From Capsulimonadaceae bacterium (GTDB lineage: Bacteria; Armatimonadota; Armatimonadia; Armatimonadales; Capsulimonadaceae), in NCBI GenBank assembly GCA_965215505.1, contig OZ244065.1, forward strand, positions 1,376,001-1,440,000: a stretch of 64,000 bases of DNA. The letters run 5' to 3'. Shown here piece after piece: positions 8,800-19,031 of the stretch. The translations under genes were made by a program, and so were the position numbers. Position 1 is the first letter of the stretch; each line of letters starts with the position of its first letter. Under the pieces are notes generated by a model. That model saw only the letters and a list, made by a program, of their open reading frames with translations, was not told the origin of the DNA and searched no databases.

Positions 8800-9867
8800 A
8801 TGTCCATTCCGACGGAGCCGATCGGCAGCATTCCTCGACCGCCGGCGCTGATGAAGGCCGTGCTGGCGTTTGCCGCCGGCCAGACCACGCGCGAGCAGTT
8901 GGACGCGCAGTATCACGCGGCCATCCGCGAGACTATTCAGCTCTTCGAGGCGACGGATTCGCCCGTCATCACGGATGGGGAACAGACAAAATCCAGCTTT
9001 GTGACCTACCCGATTGACGGCCTCCCCGGCCTTGCCTCGGACGGCGTCGTCATTCCCTTCGCCGATGGCCATGTGCGCCGCCTCCCGCGTCTGACGCGGC
9101 CCGCGTTCCGCTATCAAGTCTACGCCGACACGTTCCTGAAGGCAGCCCAGGAACACGCACATGTCCCCGTCAAGCAGGCCGTCATCTCTGCCTCGGCGCT
9201 CAGCCTCCTCTATCCACAAGACGGGATTGACGGCTATCCCCGCGAAGCGTTTTTGGAGGACCTCCTTCGGGAGAACGAGGCCGACATCCGGCGCTGCCTG
9301 ACGGGCGGCGCGTATCGGGTGCAGATAGATTTCACCGAAGGCCGGCTGGCGGTCAAGCTCGACCCCAGCCGCCAGCTACTCAAGAGCTTCGTGGCCCTCA
9401 ATAATCAGGTACTCGCACGGTTCTCCGACGGGGAGCGCGCCCGCATCGGCATCCATACCTGTCCCGGCGGCGACCACGACTCCACCCACAGCGCGGATGT
9501 AGACTATGCCGACTTGCTGCCCAGCCTCTTCGAACTTCAAGTCGGCAGTTTCTACATCCAGCTTGCCAGCGAACCTGACCGGGGGAGGGTCTTGGAAATC
9601 ATTCGGACCTCGCTGCGCCCCGACCAGAGGGTCTTCGTCGGTGTCATTGATCCGATCAACGCGGAGATCGAGACGCCCGTGCAGGTGAAAGGCCGCGTTC
9701 TGGAGGCCGCACGGTATATTCCGCTGGATCGCCTCGGAACGACCGATGACTGCGGGTTTTCTCCCTTCGGCGATGATGCCTCGACCGCCCGCGACACCGC
9801 ATTCGCCAAAATCCGCGCCCGCGTCGCCGGCACCGCGCTCGCCGCCCAGGCGCTTGGGGTCGCCTAG
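8800..9867 (+). CDS. Cobalamin-independent methionine synthase II family protein (MetE C-terminal-like)
   Basis: IPTEPIGSIPRP, ITDGEQ, Zn ligands HTC and DDCGF, VGVIDP. Confidence 0.88.
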   Translation: MSIPTEPIGSIPRPPALMKAVLAFAAGQTTREQLDAQYHAAIRETIQLFEATDSPVITDGEQTKSSFVTYPIDGLPGLASDGVVIPFADGHVRRLPRLTRPAFRYQVYADTFLKAAQEHAHVPVKQAVISASALSLLYPQDGIDGYPREAFLEDLLRENEADIRRCLTGGAYRVQIDFTEGRLAVKLDPSRQLLKSFVALNNQVLARFSDGERARIGIHTCPGGDHDSTHSADVDYADLLPSLFELQVGSFYIQLASEPDRGRVLEIIRTSLRPDQRVFVGVIDPINAEIETPVQVKGRVLEAARYIPLDRLGTTDDCGFSPFGDDASTARDTAFAKIRARVAGTALAAQALGVA

Positions 9868-10010
9868 ATCTTGAGTCGCCCAGAGTTCGACGATGTGCCC
9901 TTCCTTTCCCTTGCGGCCCTCTTGCGGCTGGAAACCGTCAGTGCGCTTGGCACGTTCGCCGCTTCAATCGCGCTATCAATTTCCTGCGGCGATCGTCGGA
10001 CAAACAACAG

Positions 10011-10047
10011 GAGGCCGCCGCACCGGGCGACACGGCGGCCTCTTTTT
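10011..10047 (+). terminator. Probable intrinsic terminator
   Basis: GAGGCCGCCG-loop-CGGCGGCCTC followed by TTTTT. Confidence 0.65.
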
Positions 10048-10063
10048 GTGTGCCGCAGCCATG

Positions 10064-10219
10064 GGGCGAGCTGGCTCAGGGCGATCTTGTGAGGGTTCAT
10101 CTCTTCCGCCGTCGTCAGTGACGAGGGATTCGTCGGTTCCTTGCTCGGTTCATTCATCAGTCGCGCTCCCTTGCGGTCGTGGTTTAGTTAAGGATGCCAG
10201 GAAGGAGGGAAAAAGTGCC
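10064..10219 (-). pseudogene. Direct repeat copy 2: truncated gdh 5' remnant
   Basis: Encodes MNEPSKEPTNPSSLTTAEEMNPHKIALSQLA, then loses similarity to gdh; the -10 box changes from TATCCT to CATCCT. Confidence 0.85.
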
Positions 10220-10345
10220 GCGACGTCAAACGGGGTAATTTTCAGGATCGCTTGACAAATATGGGGGATAATGCAACGATGAGCGAGCAAGTTGGCGTTG
10301 ATGACCAGGCCATTCCAGTTGTGCGCCCTTCCGAGGAGGTTTCTC

Positions 10346-11305
10346 ATGCAAACAAGCTCATCACAACACTTTTCCGCTGCCACTTCTTTGCTCTTCTGCA
10401 CCCTGCTCTTTCTGCCTGCATCTTCCATCAGGGCAGACCAGGCACCGATGCTGGTGGAGGCGAGGCTTGCGACTCCGGCAACGATCAGCCTGGGGGAGCC
10501 TATCATGCTCCGCTACAAGCTGTCCAACCTGTCCAGTGATGAACAGCTCGTCGTCCTGAGTGGGATCTACAACACGGCTTGGTACACGCTGGGCTTGAAA
10601 GATCAGACGGGAAGCTCCGTCCGGCTGATCCCGGACACGCGCCCGCTCAACCCTCCTGGGGCTCATTCGGGCGACGTAAGCAGCTATGCTATCAGCAACC
10701 AGAGAGACGGCTGGCAGATTAACTACATCGTCGCAACCAAATCCTTTACTGTACCGCATCCGGGCAAGTACGTCCTCACTATGCATGTGCGAGCGCCTTA
10801 CACTCTGGTTACACCAACACTTGAGAACCCGAACCAGATGAAAAGCCTGATGACCTCAGCCGGTACGGTTCTCACTCAAGACTTCATCTTCCCGCTGACG
10901 GTAACGGCTGCGGATCCTGTCGTGCTTCAGGCAAAGGCGAAAGCGCTCGAAGAGGCGATCAGCAAGGAACTAAACAGCACCATACTGCTGCCGGAAATGG
11001 ACGAACTGTTCTCCATGCCGGAAGCGCAGGCCGGTCCCATTTGGGAAGAAATGGCGGTTCGTGCGAAGCCGATGTACAGGGATTTGATCGCAGGCAAGGT
11101 GGCGGGTCTACACTCCAATATGGCGGCAGACATCCTGTTCAAGATGATGAACAACCCCGCCACCAACAGCGGCTTCGTCAGCACGAAGCTCTCCGAAATC
11201 TACAATGCGGGTGATCCTGGTTTGAGGGAACACATCAAATCAGCGGCGGCACAGCGGGGGATACAACTTCCCGACAAGATCAGTCTGCCGACGGTCATAG
11301 ATTGA
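10346..11305 (+). CDS. Secreted hypothetical protein (Ig-like N-terminal domain, helical C-terminus), visibly lower GC
   Basis: SD GAGGAGG before ATG 10346; hydrophobic signal peptide; long open frame. Confidence 0.72.
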   Translation: MQTSSSQHFSAATSLLFCTLLFLPASSIRADQAPMLVEARLATPATISLGEPIMLRYKLSNLSSDEQLVVLSGIYNTAWYTLGLKDQTGSSVRLIPDTRPLNPPGAHSGDVSSYAISNQRDGWQINYIVATKSFTVPHPGKYVLTMHVRAPYTLVTPTLENPNQMKSLMTSAGTVLTQDFIFPLTVTAADPVVLQAKAKALEEAISKELNSTILLPEMDELFSMPEAQAGPIWEEMAVRAKPMYRDLIAGKVAGLHSNMAADILFKMMNNPATNSGFVSTKLSEIYNAGDPGLREHIKSAAAQRGIQLPDKISLPTVID

Positions 11306-11318
11306 AGATGGGATGCAG

Positions 11319-11351
11319 AAAAGCCCGGCCTTTCACGAGGCCGGGCTTTTT
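11319..11351 (+). terminator. Intrinsic terminator (potentially bidirectional)
   Basis: AAAAGCCCGGCCT-TTCACG-AGGCCGGGCTTTTT. Confidence 0.85.
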
Positions 11352-11370
11352 CACGTCCCAACACCTTCGC

Positions 11371-11399
11371 TTGACGGCCCGCCCGCCCTGTGTTATGAT
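11371..11399 (+). promoter_or_regulatory. Sigma70-type promoter, probably giving a leaderless mRNA
   Basis: TTGACG-N17-TATGAT ends 6 nt before ATG 11406; no SD. Confidence 0.7.
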
Positions 11400-11405
11400 A
11401 CGCGC

Positions 11406-14400
11406 ATGGCAAACAAGCAATCGCCGTTCATCGCTCTCGCCGCGCTGGCCCTGTGCCTGCTGGCCGCCCCGCGCGGGTCTGTGGCGGCAGACAGTGGGCC
11501 GGGGCAGAGGCCGTACCTGGGGTGGAGCAGTTGGAGCCTGGAGGCGACGAAGGCACCGGGCTATGGCGGCATGGACTGGCTGACGGCGGAACATGTCGAG
11601 GCGCAGTCGGACGCCCTGCACCGCACCTTGCAGGCGCACGGGTACACCTACGTCAACATGGACTCGGGCTGGAAGGGCGGCTACGACGGGTACGGGCGGC
11701 CCCTGCCGGATGCGAAGAAGTTCCCGGAGGGCGTCATCGGGGTGGCGCGGCACGTCCACGGGAACGGGCAGAAGCTGGGCCTCTACTGGGTGCCGGGCGT
11801 CATGGAAGATGTGTACAAGGCCAACCCGCCCGTTTTGGGGTCCAACCAGCACATCCAGGACATCGTGGTCAAACCGCTCCAGCCCGCCACCGGCTGGGGG
11901 TTCGGCTACAAGATAGACTACGCCAAGCCGGGCGCGCAGGCCTACGTCAACTCCATCGCCGACCAGTTCGCGGCCTGGGGGGTGGACTTCCTGAAGCTCG
12001 ACGGCGTGACGCCAGGCTCGGACCATGACGGCCTGACCATGGACGCCCGGCCCGACGTGGCGGCGTGGTCAGCGGCTCTGAAGCAGTCCGGGCGGCCGGT
12101 CTGGCTGGAGCTTTCGTGGAAGCTGGACCGGACCTACAGCGACACCTGGAAACAGTACGCCCAGGGCCGGCGGATCACGACCGACGTCGAGACCTACGGG
12201 CCGACCCTGACCGGCTGGGGGTCCATCCCGCGCGCCTTCGACGCCGCCGGTGCCTGGTCGGGCGAGGCCGGGGCGGGCCGGGGCTGGAACGACCTGGACT
12301 CGCTGGACATCGGCAGCGGAGCGATGGACGGGCTGACTCTGGACGAGCGGCAGACGGTGATGACGCTGTGGGCGATCTCGTGCAGCCCGCTCTACACGGG
12401 CGACGATCTCCTCAAGCTGGACCCGGAAGGCCTGGCATTACTGACCAACGACGAGGTCATCGCCGTGGACCAGGCGGGACGGCCCGCCGCGCCTGCGGCG
12501 GGCAGCCCGGACGTCTGGGTCAGCACGGGCGCGGACGGCGGCAAGACGGTCGCGCTGTTCAACCGGGGCGACGCGGCGCGGGAGGTGACTCTGCATCGGG
12601 CCGACCTGGGGCTTGCCGGCACGCCCGACGTGCATGACCTGTGGAAGCACACGAATTTAGGGGCCTTCACCGGCAGCCTCAGCGTCACCCTCGCCCCCCA
12701 CGCCTCGCGCCTGTTCCGGCTGGCCGCCGACGCCCGCCCGGCCCAACCGGCGGCCATCGTAGACCCCTCCATCCAGTACCAGGTCTGGGAGGGCTGGGGT
12801 ACATCACTGGCCTGGTGGGCTAAGGTGGCCGGCGGCTACGCGGAGCCGGCCCGGAGCGACTACATCGAGAAGGCTTTTGATCCAGTCAAGGGGCTGGGGC
12901 TGAACATCGTCCGCTACAACATCGGCGGCGGCGAGAACCCCGCGCACCTGGCCCCGAACAAGCAGGGCCTTTCCTTCCGCACCGCCGTGCCGGGCTTCGA
13001 GCCGTCGCCGGGCGTATACGACTGGACGGCGGACGCCAACCAGCGCTGGGTGCTGCAAGCGGCAATTAAGAAGGGCGCGAACCAGCTGGAGGCCTTTTCG
13101 AACTCGCCGCCCTGGTGGATGACCAAGAGCGGCAGCGTCACGGGGAACCTTAATGCCGCCGATAACATCAAGCCCGAGTTCTATGACGCCTTCGCGGACT
13201 ATCTCACGGAGGTGACGAAGCACTTCCGGGACGTCTGGGGCGTCACCTTCCGCACCCTGGAGCCGGTGAACGAGCCGAGCGGCGGCTGGTCGTTTCTGGG
13301 GAGGCAGGAGGGCGCGCATGTGGACCGGCCCGCCCAGAACCTGATCGTCAAGGCCACCGAGGCGGCGCTTACGCGCAAGGGCCTCAAAACCACGGCGACG
13401 GCTTCGGACGATCAGAGCATCGGCGATGCCGACAAGACCTTCCCCTTCTACGACGTGGACACACTGCGCGGCCTGACCAAGATCAACGTCCACTCCTACG
13501 GCGGGGGCGACCGGACGCAGCTCTCGAATTATGCGGTCTCGCATGGCAAGGACCTGTGGCTGTCCGAGGACGGCGACGCGGACCCCACCGGCCTCGCCAT
13601 GTCCCGGAACATCACTGAGGACATGAACGGCCTGCGGCCCTCCGCCTGGGTCACCTGGCAGGTCGTAGACAGCTCGGTCGGCTGGGGCTTTTTTCGGAAC
13701 CCGCAGGACGCAGAAACCGACCCGGCCTACACGATCAATAAGAAGTACTATGTCATGGCCCAGTACAGCCGCTTCCTGCGGCCCGGCTACCGGATCATCG
13801 CCCTCAGCGACCCGAACTCCGTGGCCGCCTGGGACGCCAAGACGGGCACGGTCGTTGTCGTGACCCGGAACGGCGGGGACACGGACACGCCCGTCAGCTA
13901 CGACCTGTCCCGGTTCACCAAGCTTGACACGTCGGTGACGATCTATCGCACCTCACCGACGGAAGATTTGGTGAAGCTGCCGCCGACCTCCCTGACGGGC
14001 ACGCGGCTGGCGACCACCCTGTCGGCCAAGTCGGTCACGACGTTCGTCTTCACGGGCGCGGTCTACGCGGGTGCCTTGGGCTTCTCCTTCCGCGACTATT
14101 ACGCCCTGGTCAACCGCGCGAGCGGCTTGGCCCTGGACGCGGCGACGCCGGGAAGCGCCGCCGTCACCGTCTCGGCCCGCGCAGCGGGGGCGACTCAGCA
14201 GTGGAGTCTACGGGGCGTGGGGGGCGGGGATTACAAGGTCATCAACCGCGACAGCGGCCTGGCCCTGGATGTGAGCCAGGCTTCCACCCTGCCCGACACC
14301 GCCGTAGATCAGTATTCGGACAACGGGGGCGGCAACCAGTTATGGCGGCTGACGCCGGTGGCGGGCGGCGCGTACAAGCTGGTCAACCGCAACAGCAACC

Positions 14401-14507
14401 TGGTCCTGGGGGTGAGCGCGGCGGGGGCGGGCCTGACGCAGCAACGGGACGACGGCGGTGCGGGCCAGCAGTGGCGGCTGGTCCCGGCGGCGAAGGCGGG
14501 GCGGTAG
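11406..14507 (+). CDS. Secreted GH27 alpha-galactosidase / GH30 (endo-beta-1,6-galactanase-like) / ricin-B lectin fusion
   Basis: Signal peptide; GH27 motifs GWSSW, YVNMDSGW, WGVDFLKLD, WNDLDSL; GH30 motifs WEGWGTSLAWWA, RYNIGGG, FSNSPPWWMT, PVNEP; three C-terminal QxW repeats. Confidence 0.82.
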   Translation: MANKQSPFIALAALALCLLAAPRGSVAADSGPGQRPYLGWSSWSLEATKAPGYGGMDWLTAEHVEAQSDALHRTLQAHGYTYVNMDSGWKGGYDGYGRPLPDAKKFPEGVIGVARHVHGNGQKLGLYWVPGVMEDVYKANPPVLGSNQHIQDIVVKPLQPATGWGFGYKIDYAKPGAQAYVNSIADQFAAWGVDFLKLDGVTPGSDHDGLTMDARPDVAAWSAALKQSGRPVWLELSWKLDRTYSDTWKQYAQGRRITTDVETYGPTLTGWGSIPRAFDAAGAWSGEAGAGRGWNDLDSLDIGSGAMDGLTLDERQTVMTLWAISCSPLYTGDDLLKLDPEGLALLTNDEVIAVDQAGRPAAPAAGSPDVWVSTGADGGKTVALFNRGDAAREVTLHRADLGLAGTPDVHDLWKHTNLGAFTGSLSVTLAPHASRLFRLAADARPAQPAAIVDPSIQYQVWEGWGTSLAWWAKVAGGYAEPARSDYIEKAFDPVKGLGLNIVRYNIGGGENPAHLAPNKQGLSFRTAVPGFEPSPGVYDWTADANQRWVLQAAIKKGANQLEAFSNSPPWWMTKSGSVTGNLNAADNIKPEFYDAFADYLTEVTKHFRDVWGVTFRTLEPVNEPSGGWSFLGRQEGAHVDRPAQNLIVKATEAALTRKGLKTTATASDDQSIGDADKTFPFYDVDTLRGLTKINVHSYGGGDRTQLSNYAVSHGKDLWLSEDGDADPTGLAMSRNITEDMNGLRPSAWVTWQVVDSSVGWGFFRNPQDAETDPAYTINKKYYVMAQYSRFLRPGYRIIALSDPNSVAAWDAKTGTVVVVTRNGGDTDTPVSYDLSRFTKLDTSVTIYRTSPTEDLVKLPPTSLTGTRLATTLSAKSVTTFVFTGAVYAGALGFSFRDYYALVNRASGLALDAATPGSAAVTVSARAAGATQQWSLRGVGGGDYKVINRDSGLALDVSQASTLPDTAVDQYSDNGGGNQLWRLTPVAGGAYKLVNRNSNLVLGVSAAGAGLTQQRDDGGAGQQWRLVPAAKAGR

Positions 14508-14551
14508 GTATTGCCGTGCAGGGGTGAGGGGTCCCATCCCGGCGCGCAGGA

Positions 14552-14627
14552 CCCGGCCCTTCAGGGCCGGGACGCCATGCCCTTCCTTCCGCCATGTCCT
14601 TCCTTCCGCCATGTCCGCCATTCCGCC
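14552..14627. repeat. Hairpin plus decaying 17-bp tandem repeat between convergent genes
   Basis: CCCGGCCCTTCAGGGCCGGG hairpin; CGCCATG(C/T)CCTTCCTTC x2, then truncated copies. Confidence 0.65.
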
Positions 14628-15304
14628 TACCTCGCCCGCGACCGCAGCAGCCCCGCGCGGCGGCGGAAGGGGCGTCGCCACGCTTCGGCCAGCAGGGGCA
14701 GGCGGCTCAGTTCGGCGGCGAGGTCTGCGTCGGCCTTGTCCACATACATCGCGCGGTTGACGCGCGCCACCGGCCACTCGGGCAGCGGGCGCTCGGTCCG
14801 CGTCAGGGTGTCCCCTGCCCCGACCTCGCCCGGCTCCAGGACGCGCAGATAGTAGCCCGTTCGTCCGCTCCCCGAAACTTCCAGCGGGAGGGCGGGGCGC
14901 TCCCAGCGGCGTCCCAATTTCCAGCAGGGCATTCGGGGCTGGCTGACCTGTACGCGGGCCGTGCCGACCGTGTAGGTGTCGCCGATGCAGACCTCGTCCT
15001 CGGTCATGCCCGCCACTGTCCAGTTCTCGCCGAACGCGCCGTAGGGAAACTCGGCCTCGGATCTGTCCAGGGCGGTCCGCCAGTAGGGGTAGTGTTCGGC
15101 GGCGTAGCAGCAGACGGCCTTGTCCGGCCCGCCGTGGTTTTTCAGGTCGGCCTGTGTGTCCCCGTCCAGGTTGGTCCGGCCCAGGGCCAGCCGCCCTGAG
15201 GTGGGCGACTTCCAGATGCCGCTGACCCAGGCGGCCTCCTGGCCGTCCTTGACCTCGGACGTGTGTTCGGAAGGCCGGCCGACTTGAAGGGAGAGGACTC
15301 TCAT
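14627..15304 (-). CDS. MOSC domain protein (YiiM-like)
   Basis: QADLKNHGGPDKAV, FGENWTV, QVSQPRMPCWKL, RTGYYLRVL. Confidence 0.9.
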   Translation of the reverse strand: MRVLSLQVGRPSEHTSEVKDGQEAAWVSGIWKSPTSGRLALGRTNLDGDTQADLKNHGGPDKAVCCYAAEHYPYWRTALDRSEAEFPYGAFGENWTVAGMTEDEVCIGDTYTVGTARVQVSQPRMPCWKLGRRWERPALPLEVSGSGRTGYYLRVLEPGEVGAGDTLTRTERPLPEWPVARVNRAMYVDKADADLAAELSRLPLLAEAWRRPFRRRAGLLRSRAR

Positions 15305-15891
15305 GGGGTAAACCTCGACAGGCATTCTTCCACGGCGGCGCAGAGCAGTGGCGTCAGCCGGGGAAAGTCGGCGTCCCCGCGCAGGATGAGGTCGGCGGAG
15401 GCGCGGGAAGGTTCGACGTAGCGCGCGTGGCCGACGCGGGCGCTTTCCAGGTAGTAGCGGGTGATGAACTGCGGGTCGCGGCTGGCCCTGCCCCCCGCCA
15501 TGTCACGCAGGAGGCGGCGCAGGGCGCGCACGTCCGCATCGAGGTCAACGTACAGGCGCAGGGCGAGCCGACGCCCGATCTCGGGGAAGTGCAGCGCCAT
15601 CAGGCCTTCCACCAGCAGCACGTCGGGGGCGTCCGGGGCGGACGCGCGGCGGTCAAGATCACCCAGGAGACGCCCCAGATCGCAGGCGTCCGGGTGGTTG
15701 AAGTCGAAGCAGCGTTCGCCGGTCGAGGCGGAGACGAAGTGCGGCCCGGCATCGCGGTCTTCACGGACATACCGGTCCAGCGACAGCGTCTCCACCTGTC
15801 GCAGCCGCTCCGTAAGTGCCTCGGCAAGCGCGGCGGCCAGCGTACTCTTCCCCGAGGCCGAACCGCCCCCGATGCCGACGATGACCGTCAT
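15301..15891 (-). CDS. Uridine kinase-like P-loop kinase
   Basis: VGIGGGSASGKST Walker A, FNHPDA, LLVEG, RRLLRD, YVEPS..ADLI. Confidence 0.8.
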   Translation of the reverse strand: MTVIVGIGGGSASGKSTLAAALAEALTERLRQVETLSLDRYVREDRDAGPHFVSASTGERCFDFNHPDACDLGRLLGDLDRRASAPDAPDVLLVEGLMALHFPEIGRRLALRLYVDLDADVRALRRLLRDMAGGRASRDPQFITRYYLESARVGHARYVEPSRASADLILRGDADFPRLTPLLCAAVEECLSRFTP

Positions 15892-16490
15892 GGCTGCCCG
15901 GCGACCCGTGGAGGCAATAGGAGAGGCAACAGGTCGGTGACGGAAACCAAACGGTCTGGGGCAAGCAGCGGGGCGATGGACTCGCCTTCCAAAAGGACGC
16001 GCCGGAGTTTATAGCCGTGTCCGCTCGGGAGGGAGCCGGGGTCGCGGTGTACTTCGAGCTGCCGGCTAATGATGTTGATGATCCAGTAGTCAGGAATACC
16101 GGCCTGCGCGTAGTCTTCCGCCTTTCGGCCTCGGTCCTTGGCGAGCGTCGCGTCGGAAACCTCCACGAGCAGGCGCACCTCCGAGGGAGCGGGGTGATGG
16201 TCCTCGTAGTCCGAGTGGGAGCCGGCGGCGACCGCGATGTCCGGCTCCGGCTCGGTGTCGCTGCCGAGGGTGAGCGGCCCCCGGCGGCGGACGACGGAGC
16301 CGATGCCGAAGGCGGCTTGGAGGGCATCGGCGGCAGCCTCAGCCGCCGAGGAGTGGGACGGGGTCTGCGGCGGCAGCGCCCATATCTCGCCGTCCAGCAG
16401 CTCGACGCGCTCATCTTCAAAGAAGCCCATGTCGCCCATGCGGTAGTATTCAGCGCGCGTCCAGCGGCGGGGGCGCTCCATCACCGTCAT
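15888..16490 (-). CDS. Uma2 (DUF820) family endonuclease
   Basis: ERVELLDGEI, EPEPDIAV, LLVEVSD, YAQAGIPDYWIINI. Confidence 0.9.
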   Translation of the reverse strand: MTVMERPRRWTRAEYYRMGDMGFFEDERVELLDGEIWALPPQTPSHSSAAEAAADALQAAFGIGSVVRRRGPLTLGSDTEPEPDIAVAAGSHSDYEDHHPAPSEVRLLVEVSDATLAKDRGRKAEDYAQAGIPDYWIINIISRQLEVHRDPGSLPSGHGYKLRRVLLEGESIAPLLAPDRLVSVTDLLPLLLPPRVAGQP

Positions 16491-16500
16491 TGCGCCCTCC

Positions 16501-19002
16501 CTATTTCAATGCCCCGATACGCAGGACGTAGCGATGCACCATCTCGTTCGCCTCGTCCTGACTATTGGCCTCGGTGTAGATGCGGAAGAACGGCTCGGAG
16601 GCGTCCGGCAGGACCAGGACCCAGGAGCCGTCGTCGCGGTAGGTCTTGATGCCGTCAATCAGCTCGGTGTTCGTCCCCTCGCTTTCCGCCGTCAGGACGC
16701 GCATGATGCGGCCCTTGACCTCCCACGGGCAGGGGACCGTGGCGGTCGCCATGTAATGGGGCGGCAGCATGGCGCGCACCTTGCTCAGAGTCGTCCCCTG
16801 GGTGGCGAGCAGTTCCAGCAGCTTGGCGAAGGAGAACAGGCCATCGAAGGCCGGGTGGAACTCGGGGAAGATGAAGCCGCCTTCGGTGTCACCCGCCAGC
16901 GCGATGCCTTCCTTCCCTTCGGCAGCCGTCGCCATCAGGGCGCGGACGTCCGTCTTGGTGCGGGTCACGCCGCCGCCGTTCTCGGCGAGGATGCGCTCGA
17001 TGGTGGAGGACGCGGTGACGGGCACGGCCACCTGCGCGCCGGGCTTGGCGCGGGCCACGAGCAGGGCGAAGACAGCCAGGAGGTCGCTGCCGGAGAGGAT
17101 CGCCCCGGTTTCGTCCACCGCCGACAGCCGCTCGCCGTCGTCCCGCAGGAAGATGCCGATGTCGGCCTTCAGCGTCACCAGATAGTCGCTCAAGTTCTGG
17201 ACCAGGGCGGCCCGGTCGGCGGCCGTCTTGGGCGACTTCTTGGGGTCGGTATAGGCGTTCAAGGCGATCGTATCAGTTTCGAGCTGGCCGAGCATCTGCG
17301 GCAGGATGCTGGAGATGCGGTTGAAGCCGTAGTCCACGACGACGCGGAACCCGCGCTTCTTGACGGCCTCGGTGTTCAGCAGCCGGAAGAAATCCCGGCT
17401 GTACAGCTCGATGGCGCGCGAGACGAGGCTGATCGCCCCTACGTCGTCGGCGGGGGTCCGTCCGAAGTCCTCGCGGTAGAAGATCGTCTCGATCTTGCGC
17501 TGCCCGTTTGTGGACAGGTAGATGCCGTTCTGGTCGAAGAACTCGACCAGGGCGAGGTTCGGCTGGTCGGGCGCGAGCCGGACGTGCATGCCGCCGACGG
17601 CGTTGTTGGAGCGGATGGTGTGGCGCGAGACGGGCAGGGGCATCCCCTCGTTGTCCAGGACGTTGACGCCGACGGACACCAGCCCGGCGATCAGGGCGCG
17701 CTTGAGCATCCGGCAGACCAGCGTCGAGTCGCGGGACGTGATGACGGTCGAGCCTTTCTTCAGGAAGGCCCCGTAGCTCGCGCCCAGCTTGGTGGCGAAG
17801 TCCGGCGTCATCTCGACGTTTGCGATGCCCGACACGCCCAGGTTGCGGAACAAAGCCCCCTGCCACTTGGACCCCCAGATGAGGCTCATGGTGACCATGG
17901 AGCCGGCCTCGATGATCTTGTCGGGCCAGAGCTTGATGAGCGGCCGGATGGTGCTGCCGCCCTCGATGTGGCAGCGGTCGCCGACCACCGCGCCCTCCTG
18001 GATGTCCACGTCCTCCTTGATCGTGCAGCGGAAGCAGACGGTGCAGGCGGTCAGGCGCGAGCGCGCGCCGATGTAGTTTGAGTCCCAGACGATGGCCCGC
18101 TGGAGGATCGCACCCTCTTCAATCAGGCAGTTGTCGCCGATGACGGTGTCCGGCCCGATGTGCGCGCCCGCGTTGATGCGGCAGTTCTTGCCGATGCAGA
18201 CCGGCCCGACGATCTGGGCGGTCGGGTCAATCTCCGTGCCCGCGCCGATCCAGACGTGCCCGCCCTCGCGGCGGCCCTCGATGGGGAGCTGCGTCATCCC
18301 GCCCAGCATCTCGTACTGCGCCTGCCGGTACTGCTGGAGCGAGCCGACGTCGGTCCAGTACTCGCCGAGGACGTAGCCGAACATGGGCTTTTCTTCGGCC
18401 AGTATCCGCGGGAAGATGTCCTGCGACCAGTCGTAGCTCTTCTCGGGCTGCATGTACTCGAAGATGGACGGCTCCAGGATGTACATGCCCGTGTTTACGG
18501 TGTCCGAGAAGACCTCGCCCCAGGAGGGCTTTTCCAGGAACCGCCGGACGCGCCCGCCGTCATCGGTGATGACGACGCCGAATTCCAGGGGGTTGTCCAC
18601 ATGCTGCAAGATCAGGGTCGCCACCGACTGCTTCTCGCGGTGGAAGGCCAGAGCCTTGTCCACGTCCAGGTCGGTCAGGGCGTCGCCGGAGACGATGATG
18701 AAGGTGTCGTCCTTCAGGTACTCCTCGGCCTTCTTGACGCTGCCCGCCGTTCCCAGCGGGGTGTCCTCGACCGTATAAATCAGATTGACGCCGAGTTCGG
18801 ACCCGTCGCCGAAGTAGCCCTCGATCTCATCGGCGAGATAGTAGAGCGTGACGACGATGTCGGTGATGCCGTGGCGCTTCAGCAGCTCGATGGTGTGCTG
18901 CATGCACGGCTTGTTGAGGACGGGGACGAGGGGCTTGGGGCGGCTGGAGGTGAGCGGCCGGAGCCGCGTCCCCTCCCCACCCGCCATGACGACGGCTTTC
19001 AT
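16501..19002 (-). CDS. Bifunctional mannose-1-phosphate guanylyltransferase / phosphomannomutase-like protein
   Basis: [33 protein letters not shown], hexapeptide repeats, C-terminal alpha-D-phosphohexomutase domains. Confidence 0.9.
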   Translation of the reverse strand: MKAVVMAGGEGTRLRPLTSSRPKPLVPVLNKPCMQHTIELLKRHGITDIVVTLYYLADEIEGYFGDGSELGVNLIYTVEDTPLGTAGSVKKAEEYLKDDTFIIVSGDALTDLDVDKALAFHREKQSVATLILQHVDNPLEFGVVITDDGGRVRRFLEKPSWGEVFSDTVNTGMYILEPSIFEYMQPEKSYDWSQDIFPRILAEEKPMFGYVLGEYWTDVGSLQQYRQAQYEMLGGMTQLPIEGRREGGHVWIGAGTEIDPTAQIVGPVCIGKNCRINAGAHIGPDTVIGDNCLIEEGAILQRAIVWDSNYIGARSRLTACTVCFRCTIKEDVDIQEGAVVGDRCHIEGGSTIRPLIKLWPDKIIEAGSMVTMSLIWGSKWQGALFRNLGVSGIANVEMTPDFATKLGASYGAFLKKGSTVITSRDSTLVCRMLKRALIAGLVSVGVNVLDNEGMPLPVSRHTIRSNNAVGGMHVRLAPDQPNLALVEFFDQNGIYLSTNGQRKIETIFYREDFGRTPADDVGAISLVSRAIELYSRDFFRLLNTEAVKKRGFRVVVDYGFNRISSILPQMLGQLETDTIALNAYTDPKKSPKTAADRAALVQNLSDYLVTLKADIGIFLRDDGERLSAVDETGAILSGSDLLAVFALLVARAKPGAQVAVPVTASSTIERILAENGGGVTRTKTDVRALMATAAEGKEGIALAGDTEGGFIFPEFHPAFDGLFSFAKLLELLATQGTTLSKVRAMLPPHYMATATVPCPWEVKGRIMRVLTAESEGTNTELIDGIKTYRDDGSWVLVLPDASEPFFRIYTEANSQDEANEMVHRYVLRIGALK

Positions 19003-19031
19003 CGTTGTGATCTCCTTGCGTGAAAAGACAA

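Noticed and set aside
9864-10157. 97-aa ORF starting like Gdh
   Set aside because: Only the first ~31 codons match gdh; the rest reads through a terminator and spacer, so it is treated as a remnant.
14573-14627. Possible mini CRISPR array
   Set aside because: Units are contiguous, with no spacers and no cas genes.
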